A DNA stretch of 64,000 nucleotides, from positions 67,317 through 131,316 of the forward strand of contig JACKBK010000001.1 in assembly GCA_020634555.1 (NCBI GenBank). The letters run 5' to 3'. Below, piece after piece: positions 8,145 to 16,632 of the stretch. Under the pieces are notes generated by a model. The model made no database searches and was not told the origin of the DNA. It worked only from the letters and a program-made list of their open reading frames with translations. The translations under genes were made by a program, and so were the position numbers. Positions within the stretch are counted from its first letter, which is position 1. Each line of letters starts with the position of its first letter. Source of the stretch: Caldilineae bacterium (lineage in GTDB: Bacteria; Chloroflexota; Anaerolineae; JAAEKA01).

Positions 8145-9247
8145 GCGACTCGGCTGCGCGGCCGCTGGATCGGATCTTGCCCGGCGACTGTTTGGAGGTG
8201 CTGGCCGCGCTGCCGGCGCGGTCGGTGGACCTGATTTTCGCCGACCCGCCCTACAATTTACAACTGCGGCAGGCGCTCTACCGGCCCAATATGACACGAG
8301 TTGACGCGGTGAACGACGCCTGGGACCAGTTCGCCAGCTTCGCCGAATACGACGCCTTCAGCCGCGCCTGGCTGGCCGCTTGCCGCCGGGTTTTGAAGGA
8401 CACAGGCAGCATCTGGGTCATCGGCTCGTACCACAACATCTACCGTGTCGGCGCGATCATGCAGGACCTGGGCTACTGGATTCTCAACGACGTGGTCTGG
8501 ATCAAGACCAATCCGATGCCCAACTTCCGCGGTGTGCGTTTCACCAACGCCCACGAAACGCTGCTGTGGGCCAGCAAAGGGCAAGGCGCCCGCTACACCT
8601 TCAACCACCACGCGATGAAGGCGCTCAACAACGACCTGCAGATGCGCAGCGACTGGCATCTGCCGATCTGCTCCGGCGGCGAACGCATCCGAGACGCCGG
8701 CGGCGAGAAGGCGCACTCTACTCAGAAGCCTGAGGCGTTGCTTTACCGCGTTATCCTGTCCAGCAGCAACCCAGGCGACGTGGTGTTGGACCCCTTCTTC
8801 GGCAGCGGCACAACGGGAGCAGTTGCAAAGAAGCTGCACCGCCGCTGGATCGGCATCGAGCGCGACCCTGGCTACATCCAGGTCGCGCAACAGCGCATCG
8901 ACGCGATCACACCGGAGCCGCTGGACGACGGCGTGTTCGACGTTCGCGACAGACGGCGGTTGCAGCCGCGCATTCCCTTTGCATCCTTGCTGGAGCAGGG
9001 GTTGCTGCAGCCAGGCCAGACGCTATGGTTTCGCCAGGATAAGGCACGGACAGCACACATCAAGCCGGACGGCAAGCTGAGGCTGCGAGACGGATTCGAG
9101 GGTTCCATCCACCAGGCCGGCAGGCATCTGATGAACGGGAGCCCGTGCAACGGCTGGGACCACTGGTATTTCGCCGCAGGCAACAGCGAGATGCGTCCCA
9201 TCGACGACTTGAGACAGGTGATACGCGATTCAGCGCAAGATTCGTAA
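8123..9247 (+). CDS. Beta-class N6-adenine/N4-cytosine DNA methyltransferase, CcrM-like (orphan; no cognate REase seen)
   Basis: Motif IV DLIFADPPYNLQ precedes motif I VLDPFFGSGTTGAV (beta-class order); about 100 aa C-terminal extension as in CcrM. Start may be GTG 8141 (translational coupling with the DinB-like gene) or ATG 8123/8129. Confidence 0.8.
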   Translation: MGMGCPVSDSAARPLDRILPGDCLEVLAALPARSVDLIFADPPYNLQLRQALYRPNMTRVDAVNDAWDQFASFAEYDAFSRAWLAACRRVLKDTGSIWVIGSYHNIYRVGAIMQDLGYWILNDVVWIKTNPMPNFRGVRFTNAHETLLWASKGQGARYTFNHHAMKALNNDLQMRSDWHLPICSGGERIRDAGGEKAHSTQKPEALLYRVILSSSNPGDVVLDPFFGSGTTGAVAKKLHRRWIGIERDPGYIQVAQQRIDAITPEPLDDGVFDVRDRRRLQPRIPFASLLEQGLLQPGQTLWFRQDKARTAHIKPDGKLRLRDGFEGSIHQAGRHLMNGSPCNGWDHWYFAAGNSEMRPIDDLRQVIRDSAQDS

Positions 9248-9252
9248 TGGTC

Positions 9253-9320
9253 GTCATTCCCGCACAGGCGGGAGTCTGGCGCCGTGACGCTGTGGATTCC
9301 CGACCACACGGGAATGACGA
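9253..9320. repeat. REP-like palindromic units (GTCATTCCCGC-N6-GCGGGAGTC and inverted copy GGATTCCCG-N8-CGGGAATGACGA)
   Basis: Each unit is a hairpin of the form ATTCCCG...CGGGAAT; same family as 10795-10950. Confidence 0.7.
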
Positions 9321-9370
9321 GTTACGACGAGCCGTTCGCGATCACCTACGTCACGTTTACGGAGTACGAC

Positions 9371-9631
9371 ATGTCACCGATACCGAAATACGACCCGCCT
9401 CGCGATGCCGTCGAGACTCAGATAGCGACAATCTGGGCGCAAAAGCTCGGGGCGCCGCAGGTTGGCATCCATGATGGCTTCACCGACTTGGGAGGGCATT
9501 CGGTCCAGGCCGCGGAGCTTGTGGCCCAGATTGCTGCCCAGTTTGGCCTGCGCAACGTCAACCAGGAACTGCTGCGGCTGGGAACCGTAGCCGACCAGGC
9601 CGCGTTTATCAAGACACAATTGCCACGTTAA
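9371..9631 (+). CDS. Standalone phosphopantetheine-binding carrier protein (NRPS-type PCP/ArCP, about 87 aa)
   Basis: IATIWAQKLGAPQVGIHDGFTDLGGHSVQAAELVAQI contains the (D)xFFxLGGHS signature of peptidyl carrier domains; GGAG SD 9 nt upstream of ATG 9371. Confidence 0.65.
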   Translation: MSPIPKYDPPRDAVETQIATIWAQKLGAPQVGIHDGFTDLGGHSVQAAELVAQIAAQFGLRNVNQELLRLGTVADQAAFIKTQLPR

Positions 9632-9641
9632 GAGAGGACTT

Positions 9642-10082
9642 ATGGCCAGAGAAATCACGACTTCTATCGACATCGCCGCGCCGGCCAGCGCCGTGTGGGC
9701 GATCCTGACCGACTTCGACAGCTACTCGGAGTGGAACCCGTTCGTGCGCCTGATCCAGGGTGACCTGAAAGAAGACGCCAGGCTGGAGGTGATGCTGGAT
9801 ACGCCGAACCGCAACCCCATGACCTTCAACCCCACGCTGATCAAGCTGACACCGGAGCGCGAGCTGCGCTGGCGGGGCAGGATGTGGAGTCTGCCCGGAC
9901 TCTTCACCGGCGAGCACTTCTTCCAGATCGAACCCGCGGGCGAGAACGCCGTGCATTTCACACACGGCGAGCACTTCTCCGGCGTGGTAGTGCCGTTTGC
10001 ATGGAGCAGAATCGCGGATGACACCCGCGCCGGCTTCGTGAGCATGAACGAGGCGCTCAAGCGCCTGGCTGAGGCAGGCTGA
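9642..10082 (+). CDS. SRPBCC-family protein (polyketide cyclase/dehydrase-like ligand-binding fold)
   Basis: 146 aa; TSIDIAAPASAVWAILTDFDSYSEWNP N-terminus typical of SRPBCC/Bet v1-like proteins. Confidence 0.75.
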   Translation: MAREITTSIDIAAPASAVWAILTDFDSYSEWNPFVRLIQGDLKEDARLEVMLDTPNRNPMTFNPTLIKLTPERELRWRGRMWSLPGLFTGEHFFQIEPAGENAVHFTHGEHFSGVVVPFAWSRIADDTRAGFVSMNEALKRLAEAG

Positions 10083-10087
10083 ACAAG

Positions 10088-10774
10088 TTGGCCGTGACTG
10101 TGAACCAACCTGGCAGCGTTGCACTCATCCCCGCCTACAACGAGGCGGCGCGTATTACACCGGTGATCCGCGGCGTAATGGCGCATCTGCCCGCGCTGGT
10201 GGTGGACGACGGGTCGAAGGACGACACAGCCGCGGTGGCCGAGGCCGCAGGCGCGACCGTCCTTCGCCAGAACCCCAATCAGGGCAAGGGCGCGGCACTG
10301 CGAGCCGGTATGACCTGGGCGTTGGCGCAAGGTTACGGCACCGTTGTCACCCTTGACGCCGATGGACAACACGACCCGGCGGAAATACCGGCGTTTCTGG
10401 CGTGCTATGCTGCGACTACCGCCGACCTCATCATCGGCGCGCGCGATTTCGGGCAGATGCCTGCGGTACGGCGTGCAGCCAACACCATTGGCCGCTGGAG
10501 CTTCTCCTGGGCACTGGGGCAGCCGGTGCAGGACAACCAGTCGGGCTATCGTCTGCTGAGCCGGCGCATGATGGAAGCGATGCTCGGCAGCAGCGAGTCC
10601 GGCTTCGAGTTCGAGGTCGAGATGATCGTCACCTGCGTGCAGCGCGGCTACGCGCTGGACTGGGTGCCCATTCGTACCATCTACGCCGGCGAGACCAGCC
10701 ACATCGACCCATGGACCCACGCCACCAATTGGGTGCGGCTTGTGCGAGAGACACGGCGCAAGATGCGGAGTTGA
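10088..10774 (+). CDS. GT2 family glycosyltransferase, polyprenol-phosphate hexosyltransferase-like (Dpm1/Ppm1/GtrB-like)
   Basis: LIPAYNEAARI ... VVDDGSKDDTAAVA ... TLDADGQHDP (DxD) ... QSGYRLLSRR: canonical GT-A GT2 motifs of Dol-P/polyprenol-P sugar synthases. Confidence 0.8.
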   Translation: MAVTVNQPGSVALIPAYNEAARITPVIRGVMAHLPALVVDDGSKDDTAAVAEAAGATVLRQNPNQGKGAALRAGMTWALAQGYGTVVTLDADGQHDPAEIPAFLACYAATTADLIIGARDFGQMPAVRRAANTIGRWSFSWALGQPVQDNQSGYRLLSRRMMEAMLGSSESGFEFEVEMIVTCVQRGYALDWVPIRTIYAGETSHIDPWTHATNWVRLVRETRRKMRS

Positions 10775-10794
10775 TCCGGGAGGTCGGTGGTGAC

Positions 10795-10950
10795 TGTCAT
10801 TCCCGCGGAGGCGGGAATCCATGCTTCACGACGCACTGGACTCCCGCCTTCGCGGGAGTGACGGCCCGGAGAAATCTGACTTGTCATTCCCGCGAAAGCG
10901 GGGATCCATGCTTCACAAACCAGGATTCTCGCTTTCGCGGCAACGATGAA
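10795..10950. repeat. Cluster of 3-4 REP-like palindromic units (GTCATTCCCGCG-RAG-GCGGGAATCCATGCTTCAC and an inverted copy)
   Basis: gtcattcccgcggaggcgggaatccatgcttcac / ctcccgccttcgcgggagtgac / gtcattcccgcgaaagcggggatccatgcttcac; these translate in spurious ORFs as VIPAxAGI / IPAFAGMT. Confidence 0.75.
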
Positions 10951-10974
10951 TGAATTACAACCGGAAGGACCCTT

Positions 10975-12489
10975 GTGAACGACAAACTGACTGAACTCAA
11001 ATCCCGGCTGCGCGAGGCGTCCGATTTCAATTCGGCAGCCTCGGTGCTGTACTGGGACCAGACCACCTACATGCCGCCGGGCGGCGCGGAGGCACGCGGC
11101 CGCCAGATCGCCGCGCTGCAAAAGCTGGCTCAAGAGCGATTCACCGACCCGGCGATTGGCCGGCTGCTGGACGACCTGCAACCTTACCAGGAAAGTCTGC
11201 CCTACGATGACGACGACGCCAGCCTCCTGCGCGTTACCCGGCGCGACTACGAGCGTCAGACGCGGCTGCCGGCCCAGTTCGTGGGCGAGATGGCCGAGCA
11301 CTCAATCGCCTCCTACCAGACGTGGATCAAGGCCCGGCCTGCCAACGACTTCGCCGCCGTCGCGCCCGTGCTGGAGAAAACGCTGGAACTGAGCCGGCGC
11401 TACGCCGACTACTTCCCCGGCTACGGCCACATCGCCGATCCGCTGATTGACGAGTCGGACCCCGGCATGACGGTTGCCGTTCTGCGACCGCTGTTCAAGG
11501 CGCTGCGCGAGCAGCTTGTGCCGCTGGTGGATGCCATCGCTGCCCAGCCGGTGCCCGACGATTCCTTCATCTACCGCGACTATGTCGAGCAACAGCAGTG
11601 GGATTTCGGCGTGGACATCGTGCGCCATTACGGCTACGACTTCGAGCGCGGCCGCCAGGACAAGACGCACCACCCCTACATGATCCGCTTCTCAGCCGGC
11701 GATGTGCGCATCACCACCCGCTTCAGCAGGAACAACCTGGTCGACGGGCTGTTCTCGACGCTGCACGAGGCCGGGCACGCGATGTACGAGCAGGGCGTTG
11801 CGCAGGAATACGATGCCACTCCGCTGGGACACGGCACATCTTCCGGCGTCCATGAGAGCCAATCGCGCCTGTGGGAGAATGTGGTGGGGCGTAGCCAGCC
11901 GTTCTGGAGCTACTACTACCCGCGACTGCAAGCTGTGTTCCCGGCGCAACTGGGCGACGTGAGCGAGGGTGCGTTCTACCGGGCCATCAATCTGGTGCGG
12001 CCTAGCCTGATTCGCGTCGATGCTGATGAGGTGACGTACAACCTGCACGTCATCATCCGCTTTGAGCTGGAGCTGGCGTTGCTGGAAGGCAAGCTGGCAA
12101 TTGGAGATCTGCCGGACGCGTGGCAGGCCAGCTACCAGGAAAGCCTTGGCATTCAGGCGCCCGACAACCGCGACGGCGTCCTGCAGGATGTCCACTGGTA
12201 CTCAGGGCTGATTGGCGGCGCATTCCAGGGCTACACATTGGGCAACATCATGGGCGCGGCCTTCTGGCAGGCGGCCTTGCGGGCCAACCCGGGTGTCATG
12301 GACGACATCGCCCAGGGCGAGTTTGCTGCGCTGCACGGCTGGCTGCGTGATAACCTGTACCGCTACGGGCGCAAGTTCACCGCTGACGAGCTGATCGAAC
12401 GCGTCACCGGAGCGCCGCTGACCATCGATCCCTACATCGCCTATCTGCGGGGTAAGTTCGGCGAGTTGTACGGCATCAACGGATCATAG
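10975..12489 (+). CDS. Carboxypeptidase Taq (M32 metallocarboxypeptidase)
   Basis: 504 aa; HEAGHAMYEQG zinc motif and overall M32 layout; GTG start with GGAAGGA SD. Confidence 0.9.
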   Translation: MNDKLTELKSRLREASDFNSAASVLYWDQTTYMPPGGAEARGRQIAALQKLAQERFTDPAIGRLLDDLQPYQESLPYDDDDASLLRVTRRDYERQTRLPAQFVGEMAEHSIASYQTWIKARPANDFAAVAPVLEKTLELSRRYADYFPGYGHIADPLIDESDPGMTVAVLRPLFKALREQLVPLVDAIAAQPVPDDSFIYRDYVEQQQWDFGVDIVRHYGYDFERGRQDKTHHPYMIRFSAGDVRITTRFSRNNLVDGLFSTLHEAGHAMYEQGVAQEYDATPLGHGTSSGVHESQSRLWENVVGRSQPFWSYYYPRLQAVFPAQLGDVSEGAFYRAINLVRPSLIRVDADEVTYNLHVIIRFELELALLEGKLAIGDLPDAWQASYQESLGIQAPDNRDGVLQDVHWYSGLIGGAFQGYTLGNIMGAAFWQAALRANPGVMDDIAQGEFAALHGWLRDNLYRYGRKFTADELIERVTGAPLTIDPYIAYLRGKFGELYGINGS

Positions 12490-12490
12490 C

Positions 12491-12755
12491 AGCGACGCTC
12501 GACTTTTTCGGCAAAGACAAGCGTCTGGACTGCGAGAATGCAGATGTCAAGAAGCTCGACTTTTTCGGCAAAGTCGAGCTTCTGAAGTGCGAGGATGCAG
12601 CGGTCAAGAAGTCCGACTTCTTCGCAAAGTCGAGCTTCTGAAGTGCGAGGATGCAGCGGTCAAGAAGTCCGACTTCTTCGCAAAGTCGAGCTTCTGAAGT
12701 GCGAGAATGCAGCGGTCAAGAAGTCCGACTTTGCGGAAAAAGTCGGACTTCGAGT
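12491..12755. repeat. About 4.5 tandem copies of a 56-bp unit, each containing a 13-bp-arm palindrome (GAAGCTCGACTTT-N6-AAAGTCGAGCTTC)
   Basis: Units 2-4 are near-identical: aagtccgacttcttcgcaaagtcgagcttctgaagtgcgaggatgcagcggtcaag; the last palindrome (aagtccgactttgcggaaaaagtcggactt) abuts a TAGAAT -10-like element of the cyclophilin gene. Confidence 0.85.
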
Positions 12756-12790
12756 AGAATAGTACAAATCAACCAAGGAGTGACAAAACT

Positions 12791-13267
12791 ATGCAGTGGA
12801 AGAATCCCCCGGCAATGGTCATTGATCCGGAAAAGAACTACGCGGCCACCATTGAAACCAATCGCGGCACGATCGAGATCGAGTTCTTCGCACAGGATGC
12901 ACCGATAACAGTCAACAACTTTGTGTTCCTGGCCAACGAGCGCTTCTACGACGGCGTGACCTTTCACCGGGTCATCCCCGACTTCGTGATCCAGGGCGGT
13001 GACCCAACCGGCACCGGCCGCGGCGGTCCCGGCTATAAGTTTGCAGACGAGCTGCGCAGCAATCCGCATCGCCACCAAACCGGCACCCTTTCGATGGCCA
13101 ACGCCGGCGCCAACACCAACGGCAGCCAGTTCTTCATCACCCACTCGCCACAGCCACACCTGGACGGTCGCCACACGGTCTTCGGCCAGGTCACCAGTGG
13201 CATGGACGTTGTGAACGCAATCCAGCAAGGGGACGTGATGACCGCGGTTGTGATCACCGAAAGCTGA
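12791..13267 (+). CDS. Peptidyl-prolyl cis-trans isomerase, cyclophilin type
   Basis: [30 protein letters not shown] ... [20 protein letters not shown]: canonical cyclophilin motifs; AAGGAG SD. Confidence 0.9.
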   Translation: MQWKNPPAMVIDPEKNYAATIETNRGTIEIEFFAQDAPITVNNFVFLANERFYDGVTFHRVIPDFVIQGGDPTGTGRGGPGYKFADELRSNPHRHQTGTLSMANAGANTNGSQFFITHSPQPHLDGRHTVFGQVTSGMDVVNAIQQGDVMTAVVITES

Positions 13268-13312
13268 TCGTTCCGCGCATCGTGTGCATATGCACGGCGG
13301 ATGAGACATGAA

Positions 13313-13353
13313 ACACGCCAGCGGCGGCAGCATCGCTGGCGTGTTTTTGTTTG
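13313..13353 (+). terminator. Rho-independent terminator after the cyclophilin gene
   Basis: acacgccagcg-gcggcagcat-cgctggcgtgt followed by TTTTTGTTT. Confidence 0.7.
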
Positions 13354-13390
13354 GGTGTGTTCAGGACGACTCGCTCAGCAGCGGGTTGTT

Positions 13391-13903
13391 TCAGCCCATC
13401 GCCTGTTGCACGAGCTTCAGGGCTGCCTCGCCGGGCTGCGGGCCTTGATAGCTACCGACTACTGTGCCAGCGCCGTCGATGACCACCAGCGCGGCCATCT
13501 TCTCGGCGTTCTTCACGCCGAACGCCTTGTAGAGGGAACCGTTCCAGTCAGGCAGCAGGAACACATAGTCGGCCGGATCGTAGCCGGCGGGAATCTGGCT
13601 GGCGGCCTGGTCATAGGCCTTCTCCAGCATCGGCTTGACGGCTCCCTGCAAGAGTCGAGGCACGATGGTCAGATCGAGCACGCTGGCCAGGGTAAGCTCG
13701 GTAGCGCTGGGAAACACCGGCCGCACAGCTGTGTTGACATCCACGGCAGCCTGGTAGTTATCGCGCCCATGGAAGATCAGTCCCAGTACCGTGCCGCGGC
13801 AGTCGCTCTGGCTGACCTGGCGGCCTGACTTCGTAGCGGTGACTTTGAACGGCGGGGCAGGCTGGCCTGCGGTATAAAAGACGTGGTTCGTAGGATCGGT
13901 CAT
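13391..13903 (-). CDS. Redoxin/thioredoxin-fold protein (AhpC/TSA-like; canonical peroxidatic Cys not evident)
   Basis: FKVTATKSGRQVSQSDCRGTVLGLIF ... YVFLLPDWNGSLYKAFGV ... ALVVIDGAGTVV matches the thioredoxin-like fold; start taken at MTDPTNH. Confidence 0.5.
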   Translation of the reverse strand: MTDPTNHVFYTAGQPAPPFKVTATKSGRQVSQSDCRGTVLGLIFHGRDNYQAAVDVNTAVRPVFPSATELTLASVLDLTIVPRLLQGAVKPMLEKAYDQAASQIPAGYDPADYVFLLPDWNGSLYKAFGVKNAEKMAALVVIDGAGTVVGSYQGPQPGEAALKLVQQAMG

Positions 13904-13986
13904 AATGGTTTTGCTCTTAAATGGGGTGTGGTGTGTAGCGTGAAACTTGCTGTCGGCTTTGAGGGCCATCTTTCACGCTTTTCGTT

Positions 13987-14886
13987 TCATGCTTCAATCG
14001 CGGCAACTTCGTACCCTGCCAGCGCTTCAAGCGCCTTGACCAGCGCGTGGTTGCCGTCGCCGCTGAGGCCACGGGCTTCCAGCGTGCGGTAGAGTTGGAA
14101 CACCAGCGCGGTGCCGGGCACAGGCGCGCCCACGGAGTCGGCGGCCTCCAGCACCAGCCGGAGATCCTTCTGCTGCAAGGCGATGGTGAACCCCGGCCGC
14201 CAATCCCGTTCAAGTATCTGCGGGCCGCGGTTGCTGAGCATCCAACTGCCGGCCGCGCCACCGCTGACCGCCTCCAGGCACTTCTCCAGATCGACGCCGC
14301 CGGCCTGCGCCAACATCAGCCCCTCGGCCATGGCAAGACAGTTGCCGACGACGATCACCTGGTTGACCAGCTTGACCGTCTGGCCAGCGCCGCTGGGGCC
14401 AACGTGGGTGATGCGTTTCCCCATGGTTTGTAGCACAGGCCGCGCCCGCTGCACGTCCTCGGCCGCGCCGCCGACCATAATACTGAGCGTGCCGCGCGCT
14501 GCGCCCTCACTGCCGCCGCTGATTGGCGCGTCCAGCATCGCCACATTTTTCTCAGCCAACGCTGATGCGATACGTCGCGTCGCGGCCGGGCTGATGGTGC
14601 TCATGTCGATCACCAGGCTACCAGGCTGCGCGCCGTGGATCACTCCATCCTCGCCGAGGATCACAGCTTCCACGTCTGGTGTGTCACTGACGCAGGTGAT
14701 GATGATGTCACTGGCCGCGGCCAGCGCGGCCGGTGTGGCCGTGACGGATGCGCCGGCGCCTGCCAGCTCCTCTGCTCGTTCCTGCGTGCGGTTCCACACA
14801 GCCAGCGAAAAGCCGGCTTTGAGGATATTGGCAGCCATGCCACGGCCCATGATTCCTAGGCCGATGAAGCCGATACGTTCTGTCAT
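13987..14886 (-). CDS. NAD(P)-dependent oxidoreductase of the 3-hydroxyisobutyrate dehydrogenase / 2-hydroxy-3-oxopropionate reductase family
   Basis: IGFIGLGIMGRGMAANILKAG Rossmann motif; conserved catalytic-region motifs of the HIBADH family; GGAGG SD before ATG 14886. Confidence 0.8.
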   Translation of the reverse strand: MTERIGFIGLGIMGRGMAANILKAGFSLAVWNRTQERAEELAGAGASVTATPAALAAASDIIITCVSDTPDVEAVILGEDGVIHGAQPGSLVIDMSTISPAATRRIASALAEKNVAMLDAPISGGSEGAARGTLSIMVGGAAEDVQRARPVLQTMGKRITHVGPSGAGQTVKLVNQVIVVGNCLAMAEGLMLAQAGGVDLEKCLEAVSGGAAGSWMLSNRGPQILERDWRPGFTIALQQKDLRLVLEAADSVGAPVPGTALVFQLYRTLEARGLSGDGNHALVKALEALAGYEVAAIEA

Positions 14887-15069
14887 GAGAGCCTCCGTTC
14901 GTCGATTCTGAGGCATAGTTTACCTGATCAGGCGAGTTATCAAAAACCGGCAAACATCAACGTCGCACACTTTCTCAGCGTTGCTGAAAGAAAGGGCCGG
15001 TTTGCGGTGGCGTGGCGTATGCCGTACAATTGGCTCAAAGTGTGCATACAGAAGAAAAGATTTTTCACC

Positions 15070-16527
15070 ATGGCTCCAAGCACGATTCTGATTGTTGATG
15101 ACACGCCCGCGATACACGTGATGATCGCGGCATTGCTTCGAGACGATGCATACCAGCTTGAACATGCCTATTCCGGTGAAGAGGCGCTCACCAAGGTGCT
15201 GGCTGTTTCGCCGGATCTGGTGCTGCTGGACATCATGATGCCAGACATCGACGGGTTCGAGGTCTGTCGCCGTTTGCGCAGCCTGCCCGAAGTCAGTGAA
15301 GTACCAATCATCATGCTGACGGCGCTGGCTAACCGGTCGTCGCGTCTGCGCGGGCTTGCTGCCGGCGCAGATGATTTCGTTTCCAAACCCTTCGATCAGG
15401 CCGAGCTACAGGTACGCATCAAGACCATCACTCGCCTGGATCGCTATCGACGCTTGCTGGCAGAACGGGCGCGCTTTGACAGGTTGGTGGAGCTGGCGCC
15501 GGACGGAATCCTGATCATCGACGGCGACGGTGTGGTACGGCTTGCCAACCCTGCCATCATCCGTCTTCTGGGGCTGGAAGACGAGGATGCTGCCGTGGGC
15601 CAGCGATTTAGCGAGTTTGTTGCTTCCACAGAACGCGCCAGTTGGATGAGTTTTTTCTCGCGCGCCAAGCAATCGACCGGCGGCAGGCACATCAGCGAAT
15701 CGACGTTACAGCGAGCCGACGGCGGACAGACCCCGGTTGAGATCACTGCCGGCGCGTTCGAGTGGAACCACACCGATGTTGTTCAGGTGCTGGTGCGCGA
15801 CATCACGCGCCGCAAGCTGGCCGCGGAGGCGTTGGAGCGGCGCAATCGCGAGCTGAGAAGTCTGACAGCCCGATTGGCCGAGGTTCAGGAAGCGGAACAG
15901 CAGAATCTGGCACGAGAGCTGCACGACCGTGTTGGCCAGAGCCTGACCGCTATCAGTCTGAACCTTACCATCATTGACCAGTCGCTGGATAGCGGCCCAC
16001 CGTCGATGATCCGCAGCCGCCTGGATGATTCGTTGCAGTTGCTGGAGGAGACCGCCAGGCAGGTGCGCACCGTCATGACGGAACTGCGGCCACCAATGCT
16101 GGACGACTATGGATTGCTGCCGGCGCTGCGCTGGCAATTGGAGCAGTTCTCTGTCCGCACCGGCATCAACGTCCGCCTTGAGGGAGATGAACCGGTTCCA
16201 CGGCTGCCGCGCGTCGTGGAATTGACGCAGTTTCGCATCTGCCAGGAGGCGTTGAACAACGTTGCAAAGCACGCGGGCGCAGGCGAAGTAACAGTGATGC
16301 TCCTTACCGATCAGCATGAGTCAGTGCTGGTCATTGAAGACAATGGCCGCGGATTTAATGTAGAGGAGCTGTCGGGCGCGACCAGTGAAGGACACTGGGG
16401 GCTGCTGACAATGCAGGAGCGCGCTTGGGCAGTAAGGGGCAGCGTGAATGTGTTCTCGGCTCCCGGCCAAGGCACGCGCGTCGTATCCGAAGTGCCACTG
16501 CAAGCCGGCCAGCGCCCAGCTCCCTGA
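15070..16527 (+). CDS. Hybrid sensor: N-terminal receiver (REC) domain - PAS - HisKA_3/HATPase histidine kinase
   Basis: ILIVDDTPAIHVMIAA ... LVLLDIMMPDIDGFEV (REC); PAS-like middle; H-box ELHDRVGQSLTAISL; ATPase motifs NNVAKHAGA ... DNGRGF ... GLLTMQERA. Confidence 0.8.
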   Translation: MAPSTILIVDDTPAIHVMIAALLRDDAYQLEHAYSGEEALTKVLAVSPDLVLLDIMMPDIDGFEVCRRLRSLPEVSEVPIIMLTALANRSSRLRGLAAGADDFVSKPFDQAELQVRIKTITRLDRYRRLLAERARFDRLVELAPDGILIIDGDGVVRLANPAIIRLLGLEDEDAAVGQRFSEFVASTERASWMSFFSRAKQSTGGRHISESTLQRADGGQTPVEITAGAFEWNHTDVVQVLVRDITRRKLAAEALERRNRELRSLTARLAEVQEAEQQNLARELHDRVGQSLTAISLNLTIIDQSLDSGPPSMIRSRLDDSLQLLEETARQVRTVMTELRPPMLDDYGLLPALRWQLEQFSVRTGINVRLEGDEPVPRLPRVVELTQFRICQEALNNVAKHAGAGEVTVMLLTDQHESVLVIEDNGRGFNVEELSGATSEGHWGLLTMQERAWAVRGSVNVFSAPGQGTRVVSEVPLQAGQRPAP

Positions 16528-16632
16528 CATCCTGGCCGGCTGCTGAAACAATCCCGGAGAGTCATTGGCCAACGCGAGCACGTTGACGGCAAACATCGCT
16601 GCGCCAGTTTGCAGCACGGAGAATCAACAAGG

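Noticed and set aside
9253-10950. Homology of the ATTCCC-N8-GGGAAT units to Neisseria dRS3 elements, implying Neisserial origin
   Set aside because: The base composition and gene content of the window are incompatible with Neisseria. The similarity is of format only.
12491-12755. Repeat-spacer-like periodicity (32-bp palindrome + 24-bp intervening segment) that superficially resembles a CRISPR array
   Set aside because: The intervening 24-bp segments are identical between units (ctgaagtgcgaggatgcagcggtc), the repeats are themselves perfect palindromes, and no cas genes are nearby. This is a tandem duplication, not a CRISPR.
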